Shown: positions 1-16,981, counted from the first letter of the stretch. The stretch is 64,000 bases of DNA from the human T2T-CHM13v2.0 reference genome, Homo sapiens (GCF_009914755.1 NC_060936.1); one strand, 5' to 3'. Program-made: numbers and translations. Notes: generated from the sequence alone by a model not told the origin.

Positions 1-323
1 TTTAATCATGAGCAGTAATACTTTTAAGAGCTTCTTAAAAGCTTTTTTGTTGTTGTTGTTGGCATAACCCTTTTTTATTTATTTTTATTTATTTTATTTT
101 ATTTTATTTATTATTATTATTATACTTTAAGTTTTAGGGTACATGTGCACAATGTGCAGGTTAGTTACATATGTATACATGCTCCATGCTGGTGCGCTGC
201 ACCCATTAACTCGTCATCTAGCATTAGGTATATTGCCCAATGCTATCCCTCCCCTCTCCGCCCACCCCACAACAGTCCCCAGACTGTGATGTTCCCCTCC
301 CTGTGTCCATGTGTTCTCACTGT

Positions 324-4144
<3,821 letters not shown>

Positions 4145-4207
4145 TATGATATTAGCTGGTTATTTTGCTCGCTAGTTGATGCAGTTTCTTCCTAGTCTCG
4201 ATGGTCT

Positions 4208-5224
4208 TTACATTTTGGCATGATTTTGCAGCAGGTGGTACTGGTTGTTCCTTTCCAATGTTTAGCGCTTCCTTCAGGAGCTCTTTTATGGCAGCCCTGG
4301 TGGTGATAAAATCTCTCAGCAACTGCTTGTCTGTAAAGGATTTTATTTCTCCTTCACTTATGAAGCTTAGTTTTGCTGGATATGAAATTCTAGGTTGAAA
4401 ATTCTTTTCTTTAAGAATGTTGAATATTGGCCCCCACTCTCTTCTGGCTTGTAGAGTTTCTGCGGAGAGATCTGCTGTTAGTCTGATGGGCTTCCCTTTG
4501 AGGGTAACCCGACCTTTCTCTCTGGCTGCCCTTAACATTTTTTCCTTCATTTCAACTTTGGTGAATCCGACAATTATGTGTCTTGGTGTTGCTCTTCTCG
4601 AGAAGTATCTTTGTGGCGTTCTCTATATTTCCTGAATCTGAATGTTGGCCTGCCTTGATAGATTGGGGAAGTTCTCCTGGATAATATCCTGCAGAGTGTT
4701 TTCCAACTTGGTTCCATTCTCTCCATTACTTTCAGGTACACCAATCAGACATAGATTTGGTCTTTTCACATAGTCCCATATTTCTTGGAGGCTTTGCTCG
4801 TTTCTTTTTATTCTTTTTCTCTAAACTTCCCTTCTCGCTTCATTTCATTCATTTCATCTTCCATCGCTGATACCCTTTCTTCCAGTTGATCACATCGGCT
4901 CCTGAGGCGTCTGCATTCTTCACGTAGTTCTCGAGCCTTGGTTTTCAGCTCCATCAGCTCCTCTAAGCACTTCTCTGTATTGGTTATTCCAGTTATACAT
5001 TCTTCTAAATTTTTTTCAAAGTTTTCAACTTCTTTGCCTTTGGTTTGAATGTCCTCCCGTAGCTCGGAGTAATTTGATCGTCTGAAGCCTTCTTCTCTCA
5101 GCTCGTCAAAGTCATTCTCCCTCCAGCTTTATTCCGTTGCTGTTGAGGAACTGCGTTCCTTTGGAGGAGGAGAGGCGCTCTGCTTTTTAGAGTTTCCAGT
5201 TTTTCTGTTCTGTTTTTTCCCCAT
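4208..5224 (-). pseudogene. L1 ORF1p, frameshifted
   Basis: ATG at 5224; fragment MKEKMLRAAREKGRVTLKGKPIRL... (4152..4550) goes out of frame near the C-terminus. Confidence 0.9.
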
Positions 5225-6121
5225 CTTTGTGGTTTTATCTACTTTTGGTCTTTGATGATGGTGATGTACAGATAGGTTTTTGGTGTGGATGTCCTTTCTG
5301 TTTGTTAGTTTTCCTTCTAACAGACAGGACCCTCAGCTGCAGGTCTGTTGGAGTACCCGGCCGTGTGAGGTGTCAGTCTGCCCCTGCTGGGGGGTGCCTC
5401 CCAGTTAGTCTGCTCGGGGGTCAGGGGTCAGGGACCCACTTGAGGAGGCAGTCTGTCCGTTCTCAGATCTCCAGCTGCGTGCTGGGAGCGCCACTGCTCT
5501 CTTCAAAGCTGTCAGAAGGGGACATTTAAGTCTGCAGAGGTTACTGCTGTCTTTTTGTTTGTCTGTGCCCTGCCCCCAGAGGTGGAGCCTACAGAGGCAG
5601 GCAGGCCTCCTTGAGCTGTGGTGGGCTCCACCCAGTTCTAGCTTCCCTGCTGCTTTGTTTACCTAAGCAAGCCTGGGCAATGGTGGGCGCCCCTCCCCGA
5701 GCCCTTGCAGTTTGATCTCAGACTGCTATGCTAGCAATCAGCGAGACTCCACGGGCATAGGACCCTCCGAGCCAAGTGGGGGATATAATCTCCTGGTGCA
5801 CCATTTTTTAAGCCCGTCGGAAATGCGCAGTATTCGGGTGGGAGTGACCCGATTTTCCAGGTGCTGTCTGTCACCACTTTCTTTGACTAGGAAAGGGAAC
5901 TCCCTGACCCCTTGCGCTTCCCGAGTGAGGCAATGCCGCGCCCTGCTTTGGCTCGCCCATGGTGCGCGCACCCACTGACCTGCGCCCACTGTCTGGCACT
6001 CCCTAGTGAGATGAACCCGGTACCTCAGGTGGAAATGCAGAAATCACCCGTCTTCTGTGTCCCTCACGCTGGGAGCTGTAGACTGGAGCTGTTCCTATTC
6101 GGCCATCTTGGCTCCTCCCCC
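5225..6121 (-). promoter_or_regulatory. L1 5'UTR: internal sense promoter (leftward) and antisense promoter (rightward)
   Basis: YY1 motif AAGATGGCC intact (6101-6109), relatively CpG-rich. Activity cannot be shown from sequence. Confidence 0.7.
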
Positions 6122-7184
6122 TCTTTGTGCAATTCTTATATATTTCTAGCTAAAAGGTTTTCCTGTCATTAACCAGGCCCAAGCTTCCACTTCCTATCTC
6201 CAAGCCTTTTTTTCAGATGTCTTTGGTGTTCGTGATAATCTTATTTTATACTAGAGTTAGTTCTTCTTTTTGAAAGCTAATGGATAGAGGAAGAGAAAGC
6301 AAAAGGAATGCTAAGAGTTATGTTTCACTCCAAGCAAGCAGTTGTTAATTGACTTCAGGACTTTCAACAAATATAACCAGAACATGTGAGTTGTATTTCT
6401 TAGAAGAAAAGATAAAGTTGGTATTTATAATTTAATCTCTATGCATACCTGACCTTAAACTTAATGAAGTTGCAAAAAGACTTTTTAAATCAATTAGATT
6501 TTTTAAAGCTGTTAATCATGTGGTGTCTTATATGTTACTTCAAATGGATTCCTTTCCAGGGAGGCAATTTATTATTTTTAATAATTTGCATTTCTGTAAT
6601 GAAAAATGATAATAAATGGCTGCATCACATAAGATACCTGCAACTAATTTGTTTAAAATGAATTGCTTAATTCTAAGCAATTTCTCTCTAATATTAATAA
6701 ACAACTTCATGCAATGTAATTATCAAGTATTTTAACCTGCTATTTATTTACAGAAAAATAACATGAATCCCCATAGTAAAATTTAAAGACTTGTCATATA
6801 ATTTTCAAAATGAGAACAAATTACACATATTCTATATTGAAGCACTGGTTAGAATATTATTCAGACCAGAAAAGAACTTGGCATAAAGCAGTTTGGTTCT
6901 GGAAATAACCCATGGTAACTTAGTTACTGAAGTAGCTACAGATTTCATTATAATTGGCTTCAAATATATGACAATATCATTATACAGACTCTAAGAGTCC
7001 TGTTGTCTCTAGTTTCCAGTAAATTAATATTTTAGTTCCAAAAATAAAATAATATTGAATGAATTAACTGATACACTGACAATAATAAATACATGTGAAG
7101 TATACAAGCTTAATGACAAACTTTTACTGACTTATTTTTCTGGAAGACATTTTCACATTTTTAATCGTACTTAATCTTTGCTTC

Positions 7185-7310
7185 CCTAACAACCTCATAA
7201 GAAAAATGTCCCCCATTTTAATAGACGAGGAGGCTGAGGCTCTGAGATGTTAAACAATTTTCGCAAGTTCCCACAGTTAGTAAACAGCAGAGGTAAGAAT
7301 TCAAGTCTTC
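7185..7310 (-). mobile_element. MIR fragment
   Basis: MIR core-like ccccattttaatagacgaggaggctgaggctctgagatgttaaac. Confidence 0.65.
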
Positions 7311-8357
7311 TTGGGCAATGTTCTTTCCATACATCAGCAATGCGCTTGTTTGTCACAGATAGACAGATTTTGATTTGATCCATACAAATCCTTTACATTC
7401 ATCTGCGTGTTAAATCTCCAAATTTGGCATTTTTAAAAAATAATTATAGTTGGCTGCACACATAAATCTGCAAAGTGTGTATTCACATACTAGAATGACT
7501 ATGTACAAGGAATGTGTCCAAAATAAGTTATTTGCTCTTATTTACTTTTCAGTATCCACACAACTGACTAGTAAAAGAGTAACAATTATAAATACTTGTT
7601 TAACATTGGTGGCTAGTAAATGTTTCCATCACACTACGAAGAAATGCAAAGGTAAGCAATCTGTTAAGAATAGTGGGCCAAACAAAACTCAAAGTCATAC
7701 CAGAAATTCAATAATATTACAGGCTGTGGATACAAATTTTCCTGGCTGCTAATAAATCTGAGGTTGCCCTTCAAAGTCTCCCCAATTACTTCTGAGTGCA
7801 CTCGGTGTTCCTATGAGTTCAGGAATAAATCAACACTTACATACTGCCACTCCCCTCTACCCTGCCCCTGGCCATCCTCTGGGCCTTTTCCATGTACTCT
7901 GAGTCTCTGCCAAAGCTAGTACATATTTCTATGTCCCTATTGTCCCTTTGAAAGGAGATCTCGTCCACAAAGCTATTATATAAAATGCTTTAGCTACATT
8001 TTATATAATACAAAGCATCTTCAGTCTTCAGAAGCATATTCAGAAAGACTCAAAAATGAAAAAATAAAAGTTTTTATACCTAATTTTGTTTTGTTCTTTA
8101 GCCCATAGGTTCTTCAGTAGCCTTGTTTCTGTACTAAATGTAAGAGTTTTTCCTCTTCCCCATCATCATATTATATCTCTCTCACCATAGAGTGTTGAAA
8201 CCAACCCACAGGGCCAGGCAGCCCTTATGTCCCCATACATACATTTCTCTTCACCCTTGGCATAAGCCCTCAAGAGAATCAAATAGTAACAATAGATACT
8301 TGGGGTGGCAGTCATACTCACATACAACCATGCTCCTTTTCTTTATTTAGTTTAAAC

Positions 8358-8586
8358 CAATTATTCTCAACTGAGAGCAATTTTGCTCTTCAGAGTAAAT
8401 TTGGCAATGTCTACAAACATTTTTGGTTGTCACAGCTAGGAATGTGGGCTGGCACAGGTGTACTACTGGCATCTAGTGGGTAGAGATCAGGGATGCTGCT
8501 AAACATCCTACAATGCACAGGACAGCCCCACAGAACAAAGAATTATCTAGTACAAAACGTCAACAGTGTGAGGTTGAGAAACCCTG
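8358..8586 (+). mobile_element. MER20 (hAT-Charlie MITE), complete, with 8-bp TSD
   Basis: Matches MER20 (ggcatctagtgggtagag...gatgctgctaaacatcctacaatgcacaggacagcccc...gaggttgagaaaccctg); flanks gtttaaac and gttaaaac (7/8 identical). Confidence 0.9.
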
Positions 8587-8739
8587 GTTAAAACAAAAAA
8601 CACTCTGATACACAGGAATATATGATCGGAGATCGAATAATTCATCTTTCTAGGCAGGAACACATAAACTAAAGACTCAAAAATAATTTTTAAAAATCCA
8701 TCCTTAGAAAGACATCAATGTAAAACTAGCCTAAAAATA

Positions 8740-9215
8740 GTCCTTCTCCCACTTTAATGTGCATAAGAATTGCCTGGGAAGCTTGTAAAAATTTGAGACC
8801 CAACCCTGACCTACTCAAGCAATATTAAGGTTGTGTCCAGGAATGTGCATTTTTCATAAGATCCTCAGGTGGTTTTGATGCAGCCTGAAACACATTCTAA
8901 GATACAGTGTTAGAAAACCAAATTTTATACTGATGAAAATAAGCTGAGAACGTAAACACTAAAATTCCTCTCCAGTTGAGCATATAGCTGAAAAGAATTA
9001 GATAGCCACTAAATTATTAAGATGATAAATTAATAAACTCTACACCAAAAACCTGCTCTCTTCAAATTTTGTATGCACAGAAATCACCTGGAGATCTTGT
9101 TAACATGCAGGTTCTGATTCAGAAGGACTGAGATAAAGTATAAGATTCTGCATTTTTAACAAGCTCCTAGATGGTGGCCCATGTTGCTGGTCTTTGGATC
9201 ACATGTTGGACCTCA
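8740..9215. mobile_element. Two MER5-family fragments (about 8740-8910 and 9050-9215)
   Basis: aatcacctggagatcttgttaa...gattctgcatttttaacaagctcc motifs typical of MER5A/B. Confidence 0.6.
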
Positions 9216-9790
9216 AACACTGAGGTCTTGAAAAAAAAAAAACTGCCAAAGGAGTATAAAAACAGGATTACTTATTTTTAACAAAGCACAAAAACATCAA
9301 TCACAATTCTCATTTCCTCCTGCATCTGGAAAATGGGCAGAGATTTTAGAATGTCACCTCTGCTAGTAAGTCAACTCCATGAAGGCAGCGGTTTAGTAGG
9401 AGGGTTTTGCTCATGACTATATGACCAACACCTATTATATGCATGGTACATAGTGTGTGCTTAACAAATACTGTGAATAAATGAATGCTGAATAAAGAGT
9501 CTCTATATTATTTCTGATGATAGAAGCCAATCAAAAATCAAATTCCCAAGAAGAACCTATAGATCCACCTCAGAAAAAAGTGCTTGTTCCTAGTGCTATT
9601 TAACATACAGCTATATCACTAATTGATGACTTAATTTATTATTTCTTCCCTATATAGCATCCAAAGCAATCATGATCTCTAATAGACTTGATTATGAATA
9701 TTTTATAGGTAAGTCATTAAGTTGAGGGGGGAAAAATCAGCTGACCATGAAAGTCATACAACTGTGGGGAGCTGTTTAAAAAGAAGAATA

Positions 9791-12149
9791 CAGGCATACC
9801 TTGTTTTATTGCAGTTCACTTCAACTGCCTTTTACAGATAATGTGCTTTTTATGAACTGAAGGTTTGTGACAACCCTACATTGACCAAGTCTGCCAGCAC
9901 CATTTTTCCAACAGCAGGTGCTTGTTTCATGTCTCCATGTCACGTTTTGGAAATTCCCATAATATTTCAAAAATTTTCATTACTATTACATCTGTTGGGG
10001 TTATCTGTGAATAATGGTCTTGATTTTACTATTCGAATTCTCCTAAGGCACTAAGAACACTGCCCATACAAGATGGCAAACTTAATCGATAACTGTGTGT
10101 GTTCTGATGGCTCTACTGACTGGCCATTCCCATCTCGCCCCCTTTCCTCAGTCCACGCTATTCCCTGGGATACAACGATATTGAAATTAGGCCAATTAAT
10201 AAGTGTTCAAGTGAGAAGAGTTGCACGTCTCTTGTTGTAAATCAAAACAGAGAAATGATGAAGCTTAGTGAGGAAGGCATGTTGAAAGTCAATACAGGCC
10301 GAAAGTTAGGCCTCTGGAGCCAGTTAGCCAAGTTGTAAATGCAAAGGAAGGAATATAAAAGTGTTACTCCACAGAACACATGAATTATAGAAAGTGAAAT
10401 GGTCTTATTGATGACATGGAGAAAGTATGAGTGGTATGGATGGAAGATAAAATCAACCACAACATTCCCTTGAGCCAAAGCCTAATCAAGAGCAAGGCCT
10501 GAACCCTCTTCAATTCTAGAAGGCTGAGAGAGGTGATGAAGCTGCAGAAGAAAAGTTTAAAGCTAGCAGAAGTTGGCTCATTATGTTTAAGGAAAGAAGC
10601 CATCTCTATAGCAGAAAAGTGGAAGGTGAACCAGCAAGCGCTGATGTACAAACTGCAGTAAGTTGTTCAGAAGATCCAGCTAAGACCATTGGCCAAGTTA
10701 GCTACACTAAACAACAGGTTTTCAATCAAGACAAAATGACCTTCTATTAGAAGAAAATGCCATATAGAACTTTTACAGCTAGAGAGACAGAAGTCAATGC
10801 TGGCTTCATAGTTTCCAAGGAGAGGTTGACTCTCTTGTTAGGGGCTAACGCAGTTGTGGTGACGTTAAGTTGAAGCCATTGCTCATTGACCATTTCAAAA
10901 ACCCTAGGGCCCTTAAGAATTATGCTAAAACTATTCTGCCTATGCTCTATAAATGGAACAATGAAGCCTAGATGACAGCCGCACATCTGTTTATACCACG
11001 TTTTACTAAAGATTTAAAGTCCACTGTTCAGAATAAAGAAGTATTCCTTTCAAATTATTGTGGCCCATTGACAATGTACTTAGTCACCCAAGAGCTCTGA
11101 TGGCAACGCACTAGGAGATTAATGTTTTCATGGCTGCTAACACTACATCCATTCTACAGCTCATGAATCAAGGAGTCATTTAGACTTTCTAGTCTTATTA
11201 CTTAAGAAATATATTTCTTAAGACTATAGCTGCCATAGATAGTGATTTCTCTCAAGAATCTGGGCAAAGTAAGTTGAAAACCTTCTGGGGAAGATTCACC
11301 ATTCTAGATGACAGTAAGAAAATTTGTGATTCATTGGAAGAGGTCAAGATAACTACACTAACAAGAGTTTGGAATAAGTTGATTCCAGCCCTCATAGATG
11401 ACTTTGAGTGGTTCAAGACTTCAGTAGAGGGAGTAGCTGCAGATGTAGTGGAAATAGTAAGAGTACTAGAATTAGAAATGAAGCCTGAAGATGTGACTGA
11501 ATTGCTGCAATCTCATGTTAAAATTTGAGCAGATGAGAAATTGTTTCTTATGAATAAGCAAAGAAAGTAGTTTCTTGAGATGAAATCTACTCCTGGTAAA
11601 GATGCTATGAGCATTGTTGAAATGACAACCAAGAATTTAGAATATCACAAAAATTTAGTTGATAAAGCAGCAGCAGGGTTTAAGAGAACTGATTACAATT
11701 TTGAAAAAAGTTCTACTGTAGATAAGATGCTATCAAATAGCATTGCATGCTACAGAGAAATCTCTCATGAAAGGAAGAGTCAGTTGACAAATTTCATCGT
11801 TATCTTATTTTAAGAAATTTCCACAGCCATCCTAACCTTCAGCAACTATCTCCTTGATCAGTCAGCAGCCATCAACATTGAGGCAAGACCCTCCATCAGC
11901 AAAAATATTATTATGACTCTCTGAAGGCTCGGACGATTGTTAGCATTTTTTGCAGTAAAATATGTTTAAATTAAGATACATACATTTTTAAAGACATAAT
12001 GACATTGCACACTTAGACTACAGTAGAGTGTAAATATAACTTTTATATGCACTGGGAGACAAAACAGTCTATATGACTTGCTTTATTGCAATATTAGCTT
12101 TATTGCAGTGGTCTGGAAACAAACCAGCAATATCTCCAAGGTATGCCTG
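9791..12149 (+). mobile_element. Near full-length Tigger1 (TcMar) DNA transposon with decayed transposase
   Basis: TA|CAGGCATACCTTG...CAAGGTATGCCTG|TA terminal inverted repeats with TA duplication; 2359 bp; transposase remnants [11 protein letters not shown]...[17 protein letters not shown] (11274..11528) and 11580..11813. Confidence 0.95.
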
Positions 12150-12748
12150 TATATGGATAGCATTGATTGTGTCTTCAATTAGCTTTGTATGAGAAACCAC
12201 GCCTAAGAAGAAATTTAGAACGGTTTCATCTTTATCAGGTTTCATTTATAAATTTCAAAATCCTCTCCTATCAAAGGAGACCTTTGCTTCAAATTTTAAA
12301 ATGTCCTTTTCTCTTATTTGAATGTCTTAATGGTGTTCAAGTTTAGAAATGAATGGAAATTGTTTTGAGTCTGAGAAAGTTGAAGCACAATAGAAAGTAA
12401 ATGATGAATGAGCCCAGATGAATAGCTAATGCAAGTTCAAATTTAGCTATGTCACTTAGTAGGGATTTTCAGAACTTCCATAACAAAATTCTTTAATTGA
12501 AGAAGGAATGATTCTCATGAAAAAATAAATCCATTATTTCCTCAGTATTGTAAATATGTTACACAGATGTTCCTCAAAGCCTAAAAATAATGTTTCCATA
12601 TATCATATTAATCCTGAAAGCTGTTTTATGTAGCAACTTTTCCACTTGGTTGAATGGATAGATGAAGCCATTAAAAGGTCAAGTCATGACATTTGGAAAC
12701 ATCAGAAATACTTTTGCTCTTCTCTCTCTTTCTCTTTTAAATTTTACC

Positions 12749-13206
12749 TGTGATGGTTAATTTTATGTGACAACTTGACTAGGCCAGGTGGTAACCAGAC
12801 ATTTGGTAAAGCATTATTCTGGGTGTGTTTGTGAGGGTGTTTCTGGATGAAATTAACATTTGAATCTGTAGACTGAGTAAAGCAGATTATCCCTCCCTAA
12901 CGTGGGCAGGCCTCATACAATCAATTGAAGACTTGAATAGAACAAAAAGACTGAGTAAGAGGGAAATTTCATCTGCCTGAGTCCTTGAATTAGAACGTTG
13001 GTCTTCTCCTAACCTCGGACTGGAACTTATATCATTGAGTCTCCAAATCTCGGGCCTTTGGACTCAGACTGAAACTATACCACTGGCTCTCCTGAGTCTC
13101 CAGCTTACCCACTCCAGATTTTGAGACCTGACAACCTCCATAATCATGTGAGCCAATTCCTTATAATAATAAATCTCACATATGTATATAATATACAACA
13201 CACATA

Positions 13207-13241
<35 letters not shown>

Positions 13242-13281
13242 CCTGTTTGTTCTGTTTTTCTGGAGAACCCTGACTAATACA
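12749..13281 (+). mobile_element. MLT2-family (ERVL) solo LTR containing a (CA)n tract
   Basis: TGTGATGGTTAATTTTATGTG...CTGGAGAACCCTGACTAATACA termini; (CA)n at about 13211-13240. Confidence 0.85.
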
Positions 13282-13679
13282 GTATCCTTAGACTTTTTTT
13301 TTTTTATTTAAGAAATTCTACCATAATATATACCACAGAGAGTGCATCATTAATGACAGTTTTGAAAGTGACAGTGTCTGCTCGAGTTCCCTAATTAATC
13401 CCATAGAGCTCAGTTCTCTAGGTTATTTCTCCTAGCTGTTAGCAAGCCTCCCATTAGATCCAGCAGGGACTTGTGTGCTGGGTTTGCAATCAGAGAATTG
13501 AGTGCATTCTGTAGCTTTCCCTTCATATCTCTTGGAGCAACTTTGTGAGGCTATCGCTCATCTTACTCTTAAAGGAATCCTTTCAGATTTCCTCTATATC
13601 TCACAGTTAATCATATGCAAATATGGTTATGTCAGGAATTCATCACTAAACAAGTTAGTTGTGAGATGGTAAGCAGCTG

Positions 13680-13890
13680 AAAAAAAGAGAAGAAAGGAGG
13701 CCAAAGGGGTAAAAGGAAAAAATGAAGGAAGGAAGAAAGGAAGGAAGGAAGAGAGGGAGGAAGGGAGGGAGGGGCAGAGGAAGAGAGGGGGAGGGAGGAA
13801 AGAGGAGGGAGAGAGGAAGGAAGAAAAGAAGGAAGGAAAGAGGGGAGGGAGGGAGGAAAGGAGAGAGGGAGGGAAAGAAGGAGAAAATGC
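13680..13890 (+). repeat. Purine-rich (GGAA/GGGA)n low-complexity tract
   Basis: About 200 nt almost exclusively G/A. Confidence 0.9.
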
Positions 13891-13960
13891 TGGAGCAAAG
13901 GAGGTTGGTTACATGATTTCTCTAATGGCAATGAGCTGCTTTCTGGATGAAATACAGAAT

Positions 13961-13995
13961 CAGAGCGAGACTCCGTCTCAAAAAAAAAAAAAAAA
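13961..13995 (+). mobile_element. Ultra-short Alu 3' terminus plus poly(A)
   Basis: CAGAGCGAGACTCCGTCTC followed by an A16 run; no Alu body upstream. Confidence 0.8.
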
Positions 13996-14104
13996 GAAGA
14001 AGCAGCATTCAATTTTTAACGTAGTTAACTACGATTAAAAATGCCTTTCTAAAGAAAAATCTTATGCTACTCTTTCTTATAAAAATAACTAGATTCAATA
14101 ATTA

Positions 14105-14280
14105 GTCTGGGCATACTGGCTCATGCCTGTGATCCTAGCACTTAAGAAGGCTGAGTGGGATGGTCACTTGAGCCCAGGAGTTTGAGACCATCCTAGGCAA
14201 CAAAGCAAGACCCCATCTCTACCAAAAGTAAAATCATTAGCCGGGCATGATGGCACAGTGAGACCCTGCCTCTAAAAAAT
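14105..14280 (+). mobile_element. AluJ-type element with most of the right arm internally deleted
   Basis: Left arm, linker, ttagccgggcatgatggca joined directly to cagtgagaccctgcctc. Confidence 0.8.
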
Positions 14281-14453
14281 TAATTAAAAGTGGTAAAGAG
14301 AAAAAGTCCACAGAATTTGAAGACAGATGACATGAATTTGAACCCCAAATTTACTGTTTGCTGCCTGGGTAAATGATTTTGAAGGAGTCAAAATAGATTA
14401 CAATAAAGCTTTCATCATCATAGGACTGTTGGAGGAAATAAGATCATATATAT

Positions 14454-14688
<235 letters not shown>

Positions 14689-15661
14689 CCATGATAAGTG
14701 AAAAGCATTTTAAATGCCTCCAAAGAACCATAGTTTTGCTCACATTATTTTGTACATAGGCTAGAATTCCCTGAAATGCAGAACAAGAAAGAGGGTAGAA
14801 GAGGCATCATTGGCCAAAAGATAGCATTACAAAGACAGGAATGAGGTGGGAGAAATCAGTGTTTTTATTGATATAAACGATGAAGTTTAAAAAACAGTTA
14901 CTTGAACTAGATGTCTAAGATGTCTAAATACAAAAACTTATTAGTTAATGTTTGAGGATTCCAACTCTGGCACATCACATGTGCTTAGTAAACAAATGTT
15001 TACTAAGATTCCCATCTTCAGAGTCAACTGGTATTTATTACGCACCTTATACATACCAGATATTTCATGTTGAAGTGAGTTGCTTTGCAAATTTTAGGTA
15101 GAATTCAAATCTTAGGGGAAAAAATGAGTGTTCTGTAAAAGCAATTGTGAAGATGGGGAAACTTCTAATAGTTGAGGTCCTTTTAATGTGTATGTTATTT
15201 AATCAGTGCACATACAATTTAATAAATAATGAATGTTATGAATGAACAAATTCCTTTTCTTGCACTATTCAGAATAATTTTTAAAGCCCAATAGAAATCA
15301 ATTTAAAACTCAATCCCTTTTTAGCTACAAAAGTCAGTATCATGATTAGATTTTCTTATATATAATATAAACACAACTCAATAAACTCAGTGCTTGCCCT
15401 GAGTCATTCTTTAGTGATGAGTCAGCCTAATGGTGCCCATCAGTTCAGCATATCTAAGCATTTCAAACTATCAGTAAACAAATCTTTCTTAGGCTCTACA
15501 TTGCCTCTATTTTAGAAGTTTGTGAGAATTCAAGGAAAATAAACAGGCTGTGATTACTAGGCACTTATAGTTGAGGGAAGTATACACAGATACATATATT
15601 GAATTCTGAATGAATAAATAACACATCTGAATTAATAAATAACACAGTATATAATAAAGTA

Positions 15662-16270
15662 CAGTAAGGCCTCCTCGCTTAACATAGGTAGGCTCTTGGA
15701 AATGGCAACTTTAAATGAAATGGCATATAACGAATGTAACCAACTTTAACATAGGCTAATAATAGTTGTAAATAAGGGTTAAGTTCTTTCAGCATATTTC
15801 TGGTCACAGAAACATCACCAAACTTCTAACTAAAGACCAAAACACTTCTAATATTAAACATGGAAATAAACGTGAGCTATACATACATTTAAGAACCACT
15901 AAAAAAACAAGTAAGATAATTATTTACCCACTTATTTCAGTTCAGGGTTGGTGATGGCTGGAGCCTGACCGGGCAGCCCAGGGGACAAGGCAGGAACCAG
16001 CCCTGACCAGGATGTCATTCCATCATAACACCACTCACACACACCCACAGTCACTCACACTGGGGCCATTTGGATACGCCAATGAGTCTACCATATACAG
16101 CTTTGGGGTATGGAGGAAACTGGAGTATCCAGGGAAAATCCACACAGACATGGGGAAAATGTGCAAACTCCACACAGACTGTGGCCCCAGTCAGGAATAT
16201 ATATATTTTTTCTCATCAACATTATAATGAAACAACATTAAATGAAATGACGTTATTTGAGGATGTGTTG
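15662..16270. mobile_element. MER82 (TcMar-Tigger non-autonomous element)
   Basis: TA-flanked cagtaaggcctc...gacgttatttgaggatgtgttg; internal ggaaactggagtatccagggaaaatccacacagacatgggg...gtgcaaactccacacagac. Confidence 0.8.
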
Positions 16271-16481
16271 TATACTCCAGCTGAACAACTGGATATAAGC
16301 CAATATAAAGTGCTAATCGTTCAGTCAGATAAGATAAAAAGAGAACATGAGAAAGTAATTATATGCACACAATAAATTCATCAGGAAATCTTCACAGAGA
16401 AGATAAAAATCAAGCAGAGTCTGTAAGAATGATTAAATCATGGACTGTTAAGCCAAAAAGCTAAAGGCATGTCTGCCAGAT

Positions 16482-16981
16482 TGTATTAGTTTTCTAGGAC
16501 TGCCATAATAAAGTACCACAAACTGGGTGTCTTGCACAACAGAAACTTATTGTCTCACAGTTTTGGAGGCTAGAAGTCCAAAATCAAGGTGTTGACAGGA
16601 TTGGTTCCTTCTGAGGGCTGTGAAGTACAACTTGTTCCATGCTCCTCACCTAGCTGCTGGTGCTTTGCTAGTGATTTTGGTTTTCCTTGGCTTAAAGTCA
16701 CATCATCCTGATCTCTGTCTTCATGTTCACCTGATAACTTCATGTTCACATAGTGTAATTTCCCTATGTGTCTGTATCCAAATTTCTCCTTTTTATAATG
16801 AAAGTGATCATACTGGAATAGGGTGTCACCCTCCTCCAGCATGATTTTATCTCATCTTAACACATTAAATCTGCAACGTCCCTATTTCCAAATAAGGTAA
16901 CATTCTCAGATGCTCATGGTTAAAATGAGAATGTAAATGTGAGGTGGGGTGTGAGGGTAACATAATTCAATTCATAACTCA
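16482..16981 (-). mobile_element. MLT1B/C (MaLR) solo LTR
   Basis: tgtattagttttctaggactgccataataaagtaccacaaactgggt...ggaggctagaagtccaaaatcaaggtgttg, the reverse complement of the MLT1 3' end. Confidence 0.85.

Noticed and set aside
11274-11813. Possible domesticated TIGD-like transposase gene
   Set aside because: Multiple stops and frameshifts within a TIR-bounded Tigger1 fossil.
13632-14012. 126-aa Ser/Pro/Leu-rich ORF and the opposite Arg/Gly/Glu-rich ORF
   Set aside because: Artefacts of the GA-rich low-complexity tract.
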